This document shows positions 47,716-64,000 of a DNA stretch of 64,000 bases, one piece after another. A program made the translations under genes and the position numbers. The number at the start of each line of letters is the position of its first letter. Within the stretch, counting starts at the first letter, position 1. Origin of the DNA: Neocallimastix sp. 'constans' (Eukaryota); assembly GCA_050613775.1 (NCBI GenBank), contig JBODTK010000112.1, forward strand, positions 62,001-126,000, given 5' to 3'. A model generated the notes under the pieces. The model searched no databases, was not told where the DNA came from, and saw only the letters and a program-made list of their open reading frames with translations.

Positions 47716-49069
47716 TTATAAGATAATTCTTAATTTCACTACTTCTTTAATAGCTAATACTTCTTTGAAGATTTCATTTATCGCATTAGGATTATCAATA
47801 GATAAATCAGCTAGAAGATATGACATATTACCACGAGATCGTGAATTTTGGCATTCAACATTAAATGAACATAATATTTGATTGACATTCTTAATTTTTA
47901 TATATTAATTATTATAATTTATATTATTAGTATTTATTGCTATTTATTTAATATAATTATTTATTATTTATTATTTATTATTTATTATTTATTATTTATT
48001 ATTTATTATTTATTATTATTATTTATTTATTATTTATTATTTATTATTTATTATTTATTAATTATTAATTATTAATTATTTATTATTTATTATTTATTAT
48101 TTATTATTTATTAATTGCTAATTATTAATTTGATTAACTTACATTTAATACACCAGGAACATTCTTATGGAAATTAACTAAACGAATTGAGTTTTCATTT
48201 AATTCATCTTCAAAACATATTTCTGGGAAATTCAATGAATAAGTTGAATCACCATTATTAACAAAACGAATAATATCATCTGCTACTTCTCTCCCTACAG
48301 TAATTTCCGATTCATGAGTAAAACCACCAATATGAGGAGTAAGTATAACATTTGGACATGATTGCAAAAGATAACTCCAATTTTCTTCATAGTTACCTAC
48401 AGGTTCTGATGGATATACATCAAATGCACCACCAGCAATTCTTTGTGATTTTAAAGCCATATAAAGAGGCATCATTTGAACAATAATACTTCTAGAAGTA
48501 TTTATAAGAAAAGCGCTTGGCTTCATCAAGTTAATTTCACGTTGACCAATTAAACCCTCAGTCTCAGCAGTGGCAGTAACATGAATTGAAATAAAATCAG
48601 ATTCTCTTAATAACGTATCTAAATCAACTTGATGATGATATCTTGAAACTGGAGGAATATTATTCATATCATTATAAAGAACTCGCATTCCAATATTTCC
48701 TAATACTTCAGCAACTTTTTGACCGGTATTACCATAACCAATAATTCCCACAGTTTTTTCAAAGATGTCATGTGAATTGTTTATATCTTGATTCCATAAC
48801 ATTTTATGCATTTCTTCATTTCTTGTATGTATATTCCTTGATAGTAAAATAATGTAACCAAGAATTAATTCAGCTAATATATATTAGTATGATAATTGTT
48901 GTTAATATATATAAAAATATATATTTATTTATTGATTAAGAAAATTATAAATTTAATAAATTATTATCAACTCTTACCAACACTTCTACTTTCCGCACCA
49001 TGTGAATGAAATACAGGTATCTATTAATAATTGTAATATACATAAATACATATTACTTTAAATTAATAT

Positions 49070-49100
<31 letters not shown>

Positions 49101-49741
49101 ATTTTATTTTATTTTATTTTATTTTATTTTGAATATCCCAAAATTTATATATAATATATATATATAAAATTAATATCAATAAATTATATATTACACCCAA
49201 AGCTGATACTGCTGGCATATCAATATTATTTGTACCAGAACAAAAAGCACCAATAACCATTAATTTTTTTGCGGCATATAATACATTTTCTGTTATAAAT
49301 GTTCTTGTTCTAAAATAATAATAATAATAAAAAAAAAATAATTAATATTAATGTTTTACTATATAAAGAAGTATTTAATAAATATTTCTACTTATTATAA
49401 TATTGATTAAATTTTATGATATTTACTTTATTCCAAGTATATGAACATCTCTGACTTTTTTAATTAATTCAGCTTCAGGTAAAGCTTCCGAAATTTGTTC
49501 AACCTTTTTAATATAAAAAAATATAGTAATTTAATAATGATATATATATTTATATAATATGCTTTAATTTTGCTTATATATATATATATATCAATTTAAT
49601 TACAATGTATCCTTGTTCTTCAAATATTTTTTTTGTTTCAACACATGAAGATTCCAATAATAAAACTTTTATATCTTTTTCAGTGATACATTCAGTTGGT
49701 GAATCTTTTTGATAATTATCAGAAGATATTATTACTTTCAT
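47716..49741 (-). CDS. serA: Divergent D-3-phosphoglycerate dehydrogenase-like protein (D-2-hydroxyacid dehydrogenase with ACT domain), 6 exons
   Basis: Motifs IKVLLLE, DVHILGIKTRT, IGAFCSGTN, SRSVAELILG, Rossmann GIIGYGNTG, INTSRS, DVYPSEP, NVILTPHIGG and ACT start FHKNVPGVL. The last exon ends KLRIIL-TAA at 47718-47716. An upstream exon before the ATG at 49741 is possible. Confidence 0.9.
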
Positions 49742-50213
49742 GATAGAACCTTAATATTAAAAATTTAACAATTATTTTAATATATATCTTTTTTTATCAA
49801 TACATTATTTATATTCAGTACATTATTGCAAAATTTATTTGTCTTATTTTTATATATATATAATTTCTTTCTTTTTTATTTTTTTTATATCTTTTTTTGT
49901 AATTGTACAATACATTTATATATATATATATATTTTATATTTTATATTTGTTAATAAAACTAATGCTCTTATTTTAATTTATTTATAGAACATTTTAATT
50001 TTATATTATGTATAATATTAAATTACTTTTTTACGATAAAAAAATACCTTTGTCTTTATTATTTAATTAATTGTAAAAGAAATTATTTATTTTGCAGTAT
50101 TATTAATATAGCTTTTTTTTTTTTTTTTTTTAAATTTACTTTCTTAAATTAAAGATTTCTTAAAAAAAAAAAGACAAATAAATATGTTTTTATAAAAAAA
50201 GAAAATATAAAAA

Positions 50214-50250
<37 letters not shown>

Positions 50251-53200
50251 GACGAAAAAAAAGGATTAGTTTTGAGATAAAATTATTTTTAATATATTTG
50301 TGTATTATTATATTAATATATTAATATATGATATTATATATTATATATATAACTTTTTTTTTTAGTAAAATATTTAGTATTAAAATATAATAAAAAATGA
50401 TAATAAAATAAGTACATTAGATTTATATTTATTAAAATTATAAGAATTAGTTATATTATTATATTTAAAATTACAGTATAATAATATATGAATAATATAT
50501 AAAATAATATTTGTATATTATAATAGCTATATAAAAGCTTAAATTCATTAATAAATTAGGAAATAGCTTAGTTAAATTTGAGCATTAACAATAGATTATA
50601 TAGATTATGCATAAAGAAATTTTTAATTTTTTTTTTCTATAAAAAAAAAAAAAGAAAAAGAAAAAATATATAAAATCAATGTATATTTACTAAAGATTAA
50701 TTATGTTTAGAAAATGTGACCAAATAACATTTTAATACAATCTTAATAATTAAAATTAAATTATCAGTATTAATGAAATAATAGATATAATATTATTATA
50801 TTATATTGTATCTATTAATTATTAATTTACATTGAAAATTTTATATACAGAGAATATTATTAAATTATATAGAAAATTAAATACTTCATAAAAACTTTTT
50901 TAAAAAAAATAAAAAATAAAAAATAAAAAATAAAAAATAAAAAATAAAAAATAAAAAATAAAAATAAAAATAAAAATAAAAATAAGAAATAAGAAATTAA
51001 AAATAAAAAATAAAAAATATAAAAATATAAATATAAAATAAAAATAAAAATAAAAATAAAAATATAAATATAAATAAAAATAAAGTTATATATATTTGAA
51101 TGATTAATAGAACAAAAAAAAAAAAAAAAAAAAAAAAAAAACTATGATTATAATAAAATCAAAGTAAATTAATAGAAAATATTAAATATAGATAATTTCA
51201 AAAAGCTTTGTAATTTTCCCCTGAAATATTATGATTAACTAATCCATCAAATAAATAAAATCAATTTTTAAATTATAAATAGATATTATCTATATTATAT
51301 ATTGAATAATAAATAAAAATTATTGAATTATAATTAGTATTTTGTTGTGATATTTATAATACTATTCAATTAAAATATATAATATTTATTTTAAAAAAAG
51401 ATTATAGAATTCAATTCAACATTTAGATATTATTATTATAATTTTTTTTTTTTTACAAAAATTAAAGGTTTAGGTTTTAGATATTTAAATACGTTTTAAA
51501 TATATTAAATATTTTAAAGTTATCATTTAAACGGATAATTAAAAGATTCAATTTAATCTAAAGATAATTTAAATTATTGCTAAAAATGATTTGGAATATT
51601 ATAAAGTTATATTTAATATTATATTTTTAATATCATTTTATAATTTATATAATTATTTTTCTTTTTTATTATTAATGTTACAATATATATTTATAATTTT
51701 TTTTTATTTTTATTTTTTAATGTAAATTAAATTTGTGCATAATATATTATTGGTTTATTACACATTTTTTAGTTTTTACTATAATGGTTTATAAATACTG
51801 AAAATAATATTTGATTAATAATAGAATTTTATATTATAAAATTAATTTACAACTCTATGTTCAAACTTGTTATAAAAAATATATTAAATTTAATTTATTC
51901 ATTGTATAAAGTTAAAGAAAATTTAAAATGAGAAAATTTATTAAATTTAAAATATTTATATTGATTTAATTTTATAAATTATATTTTATTTTATATATTT
52001 AAATATATTTTTAACCAAAAAAAAAAAAAAAAAAATACTTCAATTTATTGCTTAATAATTTACCAATGTATTTTTATATAAACATATTATATACATTAAT
52101 AAATTAATAGGTTAAATAGTTATTTAATTTTATTTCAGATCATCAAAATAAAAAGAAAAATTGAGATTGGAGTAAAATATTATAATTATTTATAATTAGT
52201 TTTATTTAACAAAATTCATTATATAAATTTTATATAAGTATTAAAAGTAATAAAAGTAATTAAAATAAGGTTATATATTGTTTATGCGATTTCTAAAATA
52301 TATTTAATTAGTAATATATATTTTGCTGTGGCAAATAATTTAAAATAGCCATATTTAGATTCTTATAGATTTCTTCTTCTTGTAAGGAAGTGTACTATCA
52401 ATTTCATGTAAATTTTCTTTATTATATTAAAAGAATAAAAATTATTGAACAAATTCTTTATTTCTTTCAATTTTTCAATAGTATAAATTTCAAATTGAAA
52501 ATAATTTCTAAGTTTTGATTCTAATTCTAATTCTGATTCAATATATTGAATCAGAATCATAATATTTGAAAGAATGTCTTTCGGTTTCAAGAGTAACGTC
52601 TTCAAAAGATAAATATCTTAATCAGTAGTTTACAAAGAATTATATTTAGACATTAGAATAATTATAAAAATTTTAAAATTTCCTACTACTTTTAAATAAT
52701 GTAGATATAAATGTGATAATAATTTTGTTAAATATCATAATGCTTAATTGTCTTTATATATAAAAACTCAAGGAAGAAAAAATTTAAAAATATTAGATAT
52801 TATAACTAACAATTAATTATTTGTTTATTTAAATAAATTTTATATAAAAATATATTTATTTATACTACATTTTTTATTTTTACATTTTTTTATTATTAAT
52901 GAAATTTATTTTTTTTTTTATAAATTTTCTTACTAAATAAGGAAAGACAAAATGAATATTGGCTTTGATATTGAAATTTAAAAATTTACTGTACCAAATA
53001 TATATATATATATCAAAATAAAATCTTTTTATTTAAATTTTTTATAATTAAAATTTAATTCATTAATAATTAATTATTATAATAATTAATTTTTATTACT
53101 TTATAAAAAACAATTTTGTAATTGTTATATTTTGTTGAATAAAAAAAAACATTGATTTTTTTTTTTATTTATATAATATTATTTTTGACACAAAGCTAAT

Positions 53201-53596
53201 AAAAAAATAAATAAATAAATAAATAAATAAATAAAAAATAAATAAATAAATAAGTAAATAAATAAATAAAGATATTAATTTTAAATCTAAATGTATAGCT
53301 AATTTATTTACTTTAATTATAATAAATTAAAATATGAATAAATTACTAAATATAGGTAATTTACAAATAATTAATAATTGAATTATGTTGATAGTCGTAT
53401 GTTTATTTATTTATAATAAATTAATATGTAAATAAACTATTTTAAGGATGTATGTTTAAATATATGTAATTAATGATAATAGATAATTGATTTATGCTTG
53501 TAACTGTGTTATTATTGTAATGATATAATCATAATCATAATCATAATCATAATATAATTATTATTTTAATTATAATTATTAATTAATATTGAGAAA

Positions 53597-57082
<3,486 letters not shown>

Positions 57083-57304
57083 ATTTTAATAAGTTTATTA
57101 ATTACAATATTATTTTACTTAAAATAAAAAAAATAAATAAATAAAAAAAATGAAACAAAAAAAGAGAAACAGACAAATGTAATTATTCTTGTTATTAATA
57201 AAACAAAAAAATTAATTATTAAATTGAAATGAAATTTAAAAGTTGAAATTCTAATTTCAATAATACAACTTTAATATTTTCTATTTCAATTTATTTACCC
57301 CAAT

Positions 57305-57338
<34 letters not shown>

Positions 57339-57633
57339 AAATTAATTAAAATAAATTATAAATTAAAATTATTTATATTTTAAAATTTTTATAAAATTTA
57401 TTTTTTTTCTATATTATACAGTTATGATATTGTAAAAATTTTTTCTATGTTAGTTTTTTTTTTTTATTTTATTGACAAATATTAATTATTTTTGTATTAT
57501 TAAGTGTAAAAAGTAATTAACATGTAAAAAATAACAGTATTATATTTATAACAAAGAGGTATATTTTATTGACTTTTATATATATTATTAAAAATTTTTT
57601 TTATTTATAATATTTATAATAATTAATAAGTAA

Positions 57634-57716
<83 letters not shown>

Positions 57717-57876
57717 GTAAATAAATAAATAAATAAATAAGTAAATAAATAAATAAATAAATAATAATATTAATAATAATAAATAGTAATAATACCACGA
57801 CAAAAATAATTATAGTAACAAAAATAATAGCAATAATAATTATAATTATAATTATTATAATAATAATAATTATACT

Positions 57877-58020
<144 letters not shown>

Positions 58021-58404
58021 TATCATTATTATCAACTATTCGAAAATTTTATAAAAATCTTTTTTAATATATGTCAATTTTAAAATTTTTTTTTTTTTTT
58101 TCAAATCTTATTTTTATGTAATAATCTTTGTCATAAATTTTTATTTAAAATTTTAAGATTTTTTAAAATAAATGTAGTTAAATTTTAATTATATGTATTT
58201 ATTACGTTCTTTCTAATGTATTAATTGTATTAAGAAAAATAAAAAAAATTTAAGCAAATATTATTATCATCATATATTTATTAATAATGGAAAATATATA
58301 TGTTCTATTATTATATCTTTCTCAAATTATTAAAGTTTTTTTTTTTTTTTTTTTTTTTTTTTCAATAATATATTTTTAATTAAATTATAATTTATATAAG
58401 AAAA

Positions 58405-59434
58405 ATGGATAACGTAGTAAATGGAAATAATAATAAAGATAATGAAAAAAATGATGATACTTCTCTGACAGACTCAGACTCTTCATATGTTATTGAAGAA
58501 GAGATTGTAGAGTATGAAATTTCAGATGAAGATGAGGAGGTCTCAATGAATACCAAAAAAAGTTCAAAAGGTAGTCAAAAACAAAGAAGTGATAAGAGTA
58601 TTAAAAGTCATCAATCTAGTTTTTATGAAACTGCTTTAAAGATGAAAGAAGAGGAATTAAAAGAAGAGCAAGCAAATAAAGAGAATAAATTTAATAATAA
58701 TAATGAAATACCACAACCAAAAGCATTAAAAACTCTTCGTGATGAATATAAAGATAGTAATGTTAGTAATTCATTTAAAAATGTTTCTGATTCTATGGAA
58801 AATATTAAAACAAGATTATCAAATATAAATCTCGAAGAGGATTCATATAATGTATATTTTATAATATTTTATATATTATATATTCAATATTAAATTAAAT
58901 ATATATATATTAAAAGATTGAATATTAATATTATCTTATTAATAATATAATTTTATTCATTTTTAAAAATAAAATTTATTTTAATTAAAACTCATAAAAA
59001 TATTTCAGAAAATTAACATAAATAAAACAGATAAAGAATTTGAAAGAGATATTAAGAGAATGAGATTTATTGTTAGTAGAATTAATGAAACTCATAATAA
59101 TCTTAAAAAAGCGTTATATAATATGAAAGGAAATCCATTTTCAATACCAGATAATGAATCTTATAATGATCTCCCATCTGAATGTGATACAGAAACCGTT
59201 GCAGATGTAAATGTAGATTTTTGTGAGGATGATATGTTTAATGTTGATGAAGCAGAAATTTTTGAGAAATATATTATGTGTGTAGATGATGAACTTAAAG
59301 ATACATTTGCTGATCATTATGAAAATTTGTATAATGTAAATGAATTATTTAAAAAGGCTATATTTTTGTCACAAAATCAAAACTCTGTAGTAAGTAGTGA
59401 AGGAAATGGAATTGGTCAAGAAATTCCAGCTTAA
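58405..59434 (+). CDS. Hypothetical acidic protein, 2 exons
   Basis: Exon 58405-58851 (AAT|GTATAT) joins 59009-59434 (TTTCAG|AAA) in phase 0, uniting the two listed ORFs. No family recognised. Confidence 0.8.
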
Positions 59435-62096
59435 TAAACAATATACTTTTGTCCAAATAAAAAAAGAGTCATATCTTTATAATATACTTTTTTCATTTTT
59501 AAATATTTAATATTTTTTTTTTAAAAAATAATTTTCATAATAAATAAAATATATTAATTATTTTCTGCTATTTTAAATTCAAATGATTATTTATATATAA
59601 TTCAATTAAAAAGGAATATTTTATGATTATTCAATAAATAATTAATAAAAAAAGTTTTTACTATAATATTGTACAATACAATACAATAAATAAATGTATA
59701 AATAATTATATAAATATTTAAATAAATAAATATATAAATATATACATAAATAAATAAATAAATAAATATATATATATTTATAAAAATAACAAAATAATTA
59801 TAGATAATTTTTATCTTCTTTTATTTAATAATATTATTATTTATTGAAGATTAATATTTTATTAATACATTAATTATAATGTTTTTATACGAATATGTAA
59901 TCTATAAAAATATATATGATACATCAATAATATAAGTCACGATTATTTTTGTTTATAATTATTAATTAAAATATAATAAAGATATAATTATATCAGTTAA
60001 AATTTATAAATCATAATTAAATATAAAGCATAATTAAATATAGAAGTGTTTAAGCATCATAAAATTTTCTTTTTGATGTTATAATTATAAATTGCTAATA
60101 AAAATAATATTTTATAATCAAAATTAATATATATTATGTATAATTTTCATTAATATATTAATATATGAAAATCAATATTTATTTATTTATTTTATATTAT
60201 TAAAGTATCATTCATAAAGAATAGAGTATTATATTTGTAACAATATTATTATTTTCTTGTTTTAAGGAATAAACATTATCAATACATGTTCTTTGTAATA
60301 AGAAGTAAAATATTTCAAGTTTTGTATCAAACAAAAAACAAAATAATATTATGAATAAATATTATATCATTTTTATTTCTTTTTAGTTATTATTATTGTT
60401 ATATAATAAATATTAAAATTATTATAATAAAAAATTGTTATATACTTTTTTATTAAATTAAATTTTTATATACAAATTAAAATAAGAAAATATGATATAT
60501 ATATATATATATAAATTATGAATAAATATTATTATTATGAATTTTTTTTATAACATTTTTATAATATTAAAATCAAATACTACTACTATTGCATCTATTA
60601 TTATTATTATTACCTCTTCTAATATTAAATACTAATAAAATATAAACAAACGACAAACATCTTTATTTTATTAAAAGTAACATATAAAATTTAATTAATG
60701 AAAGTAAATAGTACAAAATTTTAATACATATTATATTTATTAAATTATTTTCACTTTTATTAATTTTATTATTATCATTATTTTAGTGATAATAAAGAAA
60801 ATAATAAAATATTTTTTATCTTTAAAGATAAAAAATATTTTATTATTAATTTAAATTTATATGATATAAATAAATTATCAATAAAAAATATTATATAAAA
60901 ATATATATATGTAACTATTGCCACTATACTAATACTAATTATAATAAATAATGATGATGATAAAATTTTAATATATTATTGAATTTAATTGTTTTGCTAA
61001 TGTTAAACAAAATATAAATTCATGAAAGAGAAATTTTTATATAATAATAAGTTATATATATATACTACAATAAAAATGAGTATGATTATGTTTCAAAATA
61101 AAAGAAATAATATTAAAGTTTATCATAAAAACGGCTATAGAAAATATTTTCAATAATTCTATAATTATAAAGTTTCCATCATATTATTATGCTTTTTGTT
61201 AAATCATATACTATCAATAAAAATATATAAAACTTTTTAGTTTTATATATTTTTATTTATATATGTTAATTAATAATTAATATATATATTTTCATATTAA
61301 AAAATTTAATTATTATATTATTTTATTAAAATTTATATTATACATCATATTCATATCTATTAGTAAATAAAATATGAATAATTTAAGCAATATGAGAAAT
61401 GAGAAATGGGATATTCATATTTGAAATAATATTTCATATATATTATATGATTTACATTTAATGGATTATCAGAGATATTAATTAATATTTATGATTTAAT
61501 TTAAATTTATGATAAAATTATGATATCATACTTTAATATTAAACATAATATTATATTAAATTACCTAGCCATATTAATATATTATATGATATTTAGTATC
61601 ATAATTAAACTTAAAATACTAAAAATTAAATTAACCATTTTAACCATTTTTATTATATAGAAATGTTACAGTGTTATATTAAACTTAAAATATTATAAAA
61701 TAAATTAATATATTGAAGATTACATGACTAATTTGAAATACATTTTAATATATTTTTTTCTTTTTTTTTTCAATTGGTTTAATTAAATAAAATTTTTTTA
61801 TTGTTAATATATATTATATTTAATATATAAATTTTAAAATTATTATAATTTTTTTCATTAAATACAAAAAATTGATTTAAGATTATTCTGTGTAATTTAT
61901 ATGTATTTCTATTATTTATATGTAAAATATAAAAAGAATTTAGTTTCATTATTTATTAAATAATTATATTTTTATTTCTTTAATATATGTGCATATAATT
62001 AAAGTTTCTTTTAAGAAATCCTAATAATTATACACATTTAAAAGATTTTATGAATTATTAATAATAGCAAAAATTAATATAATATTAATATTCTTT

Positions 62097-62128
<32 letters not shown>

Positions 62129-62347
62129 TTCAATAAAAAAAAACTTTAATTATTTTAATTAATTATTATAAAATTTTTATATAAATAATCAAAATTTTCA
62201 GTTGCTTTTTTTAAAATATAAAAAAATAAAAAAAGAAATAAATAAATAAAAAAAAAAAAAATAAAGAAAGAAAGAAAAAAAAGTAGATTAAAAAATTTAT
62301 TTAAGTTAATTAAAACAAGTAATTTAAAATAAAAATAAATTAAAAAA

Positions 62348-64000
62348 ATGAGATTAATTCATTTATTATTAATAACATTATATATTACTTTTGTTTTATC
62401 AGCTAGTAAGTATATTTGATATTACATTATTTCTTCTTAATATTAAATTATTATATATATATAATAACAATAATTAATATGAAAAAAATTATTGTTTTAA
62501 AAATTAACAGCGAAGACTCTTCCATCCTCTTCTAGAACTAAAACTCTTCCAAAGTCTTCTACTAGTGCTGTAAAGACTCTTCCAAACTCTTCCACTAAGA
62601 CTCTTCCAAGATCTTCCACCAAGACTCTTCCAAGATCTTCCACCAAGACTCTTCCAAAGTCTTCCACTAAGACTCTTCCAAAGTCTTCAACCAAGACACT
62701 TCCAAAGTCTTCCACTAAGACTCTTCCAAAGTCTTCTACTAAGACTCTTCCAAAGTCTTCAACCAAGACTCTTCCAAAGTCTTCAACCAAGACACTTCCA
62801 ATATCTACCACTAAGACACTTCCAAGATCTACCACTAAGACTCTTCCAATATCTACCACTAAGACTCTTCCAAGATCTACCACTAAGACTCTTCCAAGAT
62901 CTACCACTAAGACTCTTCCAATATCTACTACTAAGACTCTTCCAAGATCTACCACTAAGACTCTTCCAAAGTCTTCAACCAAGACACTTCCAATATCTAC
63001 CACTAAGACACTTCCAATATCTACCACTAAGACTCTTCCAAGATCTACCACTAAGACTCTTCCAATATCTACCACTAAGACTCTTCCAAGATCTACCACT
63101 AAGACTCTTCCAATATCTACCACTAAGACTCTTCCAAGATCTACCACTAAGACTCTTCCAATATCTACCACTAAGACTCTTCCAAGATCTACCACTAAGA
63201 CTCTTCCAATATCTACTACTAAGACTCTTCCAATATCTACCACTAAGACTCTTCCAAGATCTACCACTAAGACTCTTCCAAGATCTACCACTAAGACTCT
63301 TCCAATATCTACCACTAAGACTCTTCCAATATCTACCACTAAGACTCTTCCAATATCTACCACTAAGACTCTTCCAAGATCTACCACTAAGACTCTTCCA
63401 ATATCTACCACTAAGACTCTTCCAATATCTACCACTAAGACTCTTCCAAGATCTACCACTAAGACTCTTCCAAGATCTACCACTAAGACTCTTCCAATAT
63501 CTACCACTAAGACTCTTCCAATATCTACCACTAAGACTCTTCCAAGATCTACCACTAAGACTCTTCCAAGATCTACCACTAAGACTCTTCCAAGATCTAC
63601 CACTAAGACTCTTCCAATATCTACCACTAAGACTCTTCCAATATCTACCACTAAGACTCTTCCAAGATCTACCACTAAGACTCTTCCAAGATCTACTACT
63701 AAGACTCTTCCAATATCTACCACTAAGACTCTTCCAAGATCTACCACTAAGACTCTTCCAAGATCTACCACTAAGACTCTTCCAAGATCTACCACTAAGA
63801 CTCTTCCAAGATCTACCACTAAGACTGTTCCAAGATCTACCACTACAACTAAATCTAGTTCTCAAACTAATAGTTCTGACTATTATTACAGTTGTGACGC
63901 ACAAGATTATGCTTGTAAGAGCCAAAAGTCAAATGAATGTTATGCTTCACTTAACGCTTGTTGGGCTCAACCATACAGTGAAAGTGTTGCTCAAGAATGT
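62348..64000 (+). CDS. Secreted protein: signal peptide, about 55 TKTLP[R/I/K]S[T/S] octapeptide repeats, then a Cys-containing domain (truncated by window end)
   Basis: Exon 1 at 62348-62405 (MRLIHLLLITLYITFVLSA, donor GTAAGT) and acceptor TTAACAG at 62510. Exon 2 is open to 64000, ending DYYYSCDAQDYACKSQKSNECYASLNACWAQPYSESVAQEC. Confidence 0.9.
62574..63840 (+). repeat. 24-bp coding tandem repeat, about 53 copies
   Basis: Unit AAGACTCTTCCAA[G/T]ATCTACCACT. Confidence 0.97.

Noticed and set aside
52363..52605. 80-aa minus-strand ORF, possibly a decayed gene or transposon piece
   Set aside because: Non-ATG start, no recognisable motif and no supporting exons.
57588..57803. FIYL-repeat ORFs, and similar short ORFs at 9062, 16550, 18617, 21157, 32066 and 40929
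   Set aside because: Chance translations of (TAAA)n or A/T-rich non-coding DNA.
62497..63925. Two long minus-strand ORFs (VLVVDLGR and WKSLSGR repeats)
   Set aside because: These are antisense shadows of the 24-bp repeat. The plus strand has a signal peptide, splice sites and host-like codons.

Overview
Extremely AT-rich, intron-rich eukaryotic DNA, most likely an anaerobic gut fungus (Neocallimastigomycota). This is inferred from a degenerate 18S 3'-end fragment, KTLP-type repeat linkers and a bacterial-like CE1 esterase. Genes were rebuilt by hand from GT-AG exons: the 3' end of an unknown CDS, a large I-BAR-like/SH3 protein, an intronless CE1 esterase, a mitoferrin-type carrier, a membrane-anchored 8-exon FKBP, Rad17/Rad24, a MATA/SOX-type HMG-box factor, a divergent SerA-like dehydrogenase, Ecdysoneless (ECD), a 2-exon hypothetical gene, and a secreted protein with about 55 octapeptide repeats that runs off the window. 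Intergenic DNA holds two decayed Ty3/Gypsy relics, a MITE-like inverted repeat, orphan fragments (18S rRNA, bacterial-type 3-hydroxyacyl-CoA dehydrogenase, trehalose-6-P synthase), fold-back palindromes and an unidentified ~170-nt structured RNA candidate. The most striking observation is at the SerA-like gene. Its TAA stop is followed by a 39-codon in-frame extension ending in SKL (PTS1), and a GC-rich segment starting 7 nt after the stop is complementary to a site ~450 nt downstream. This is a candidate structure-assisted readthrough or alternative-splicing switch for cryptic peroxisomal targeting. All homology calls come from motif recall, not from searches.
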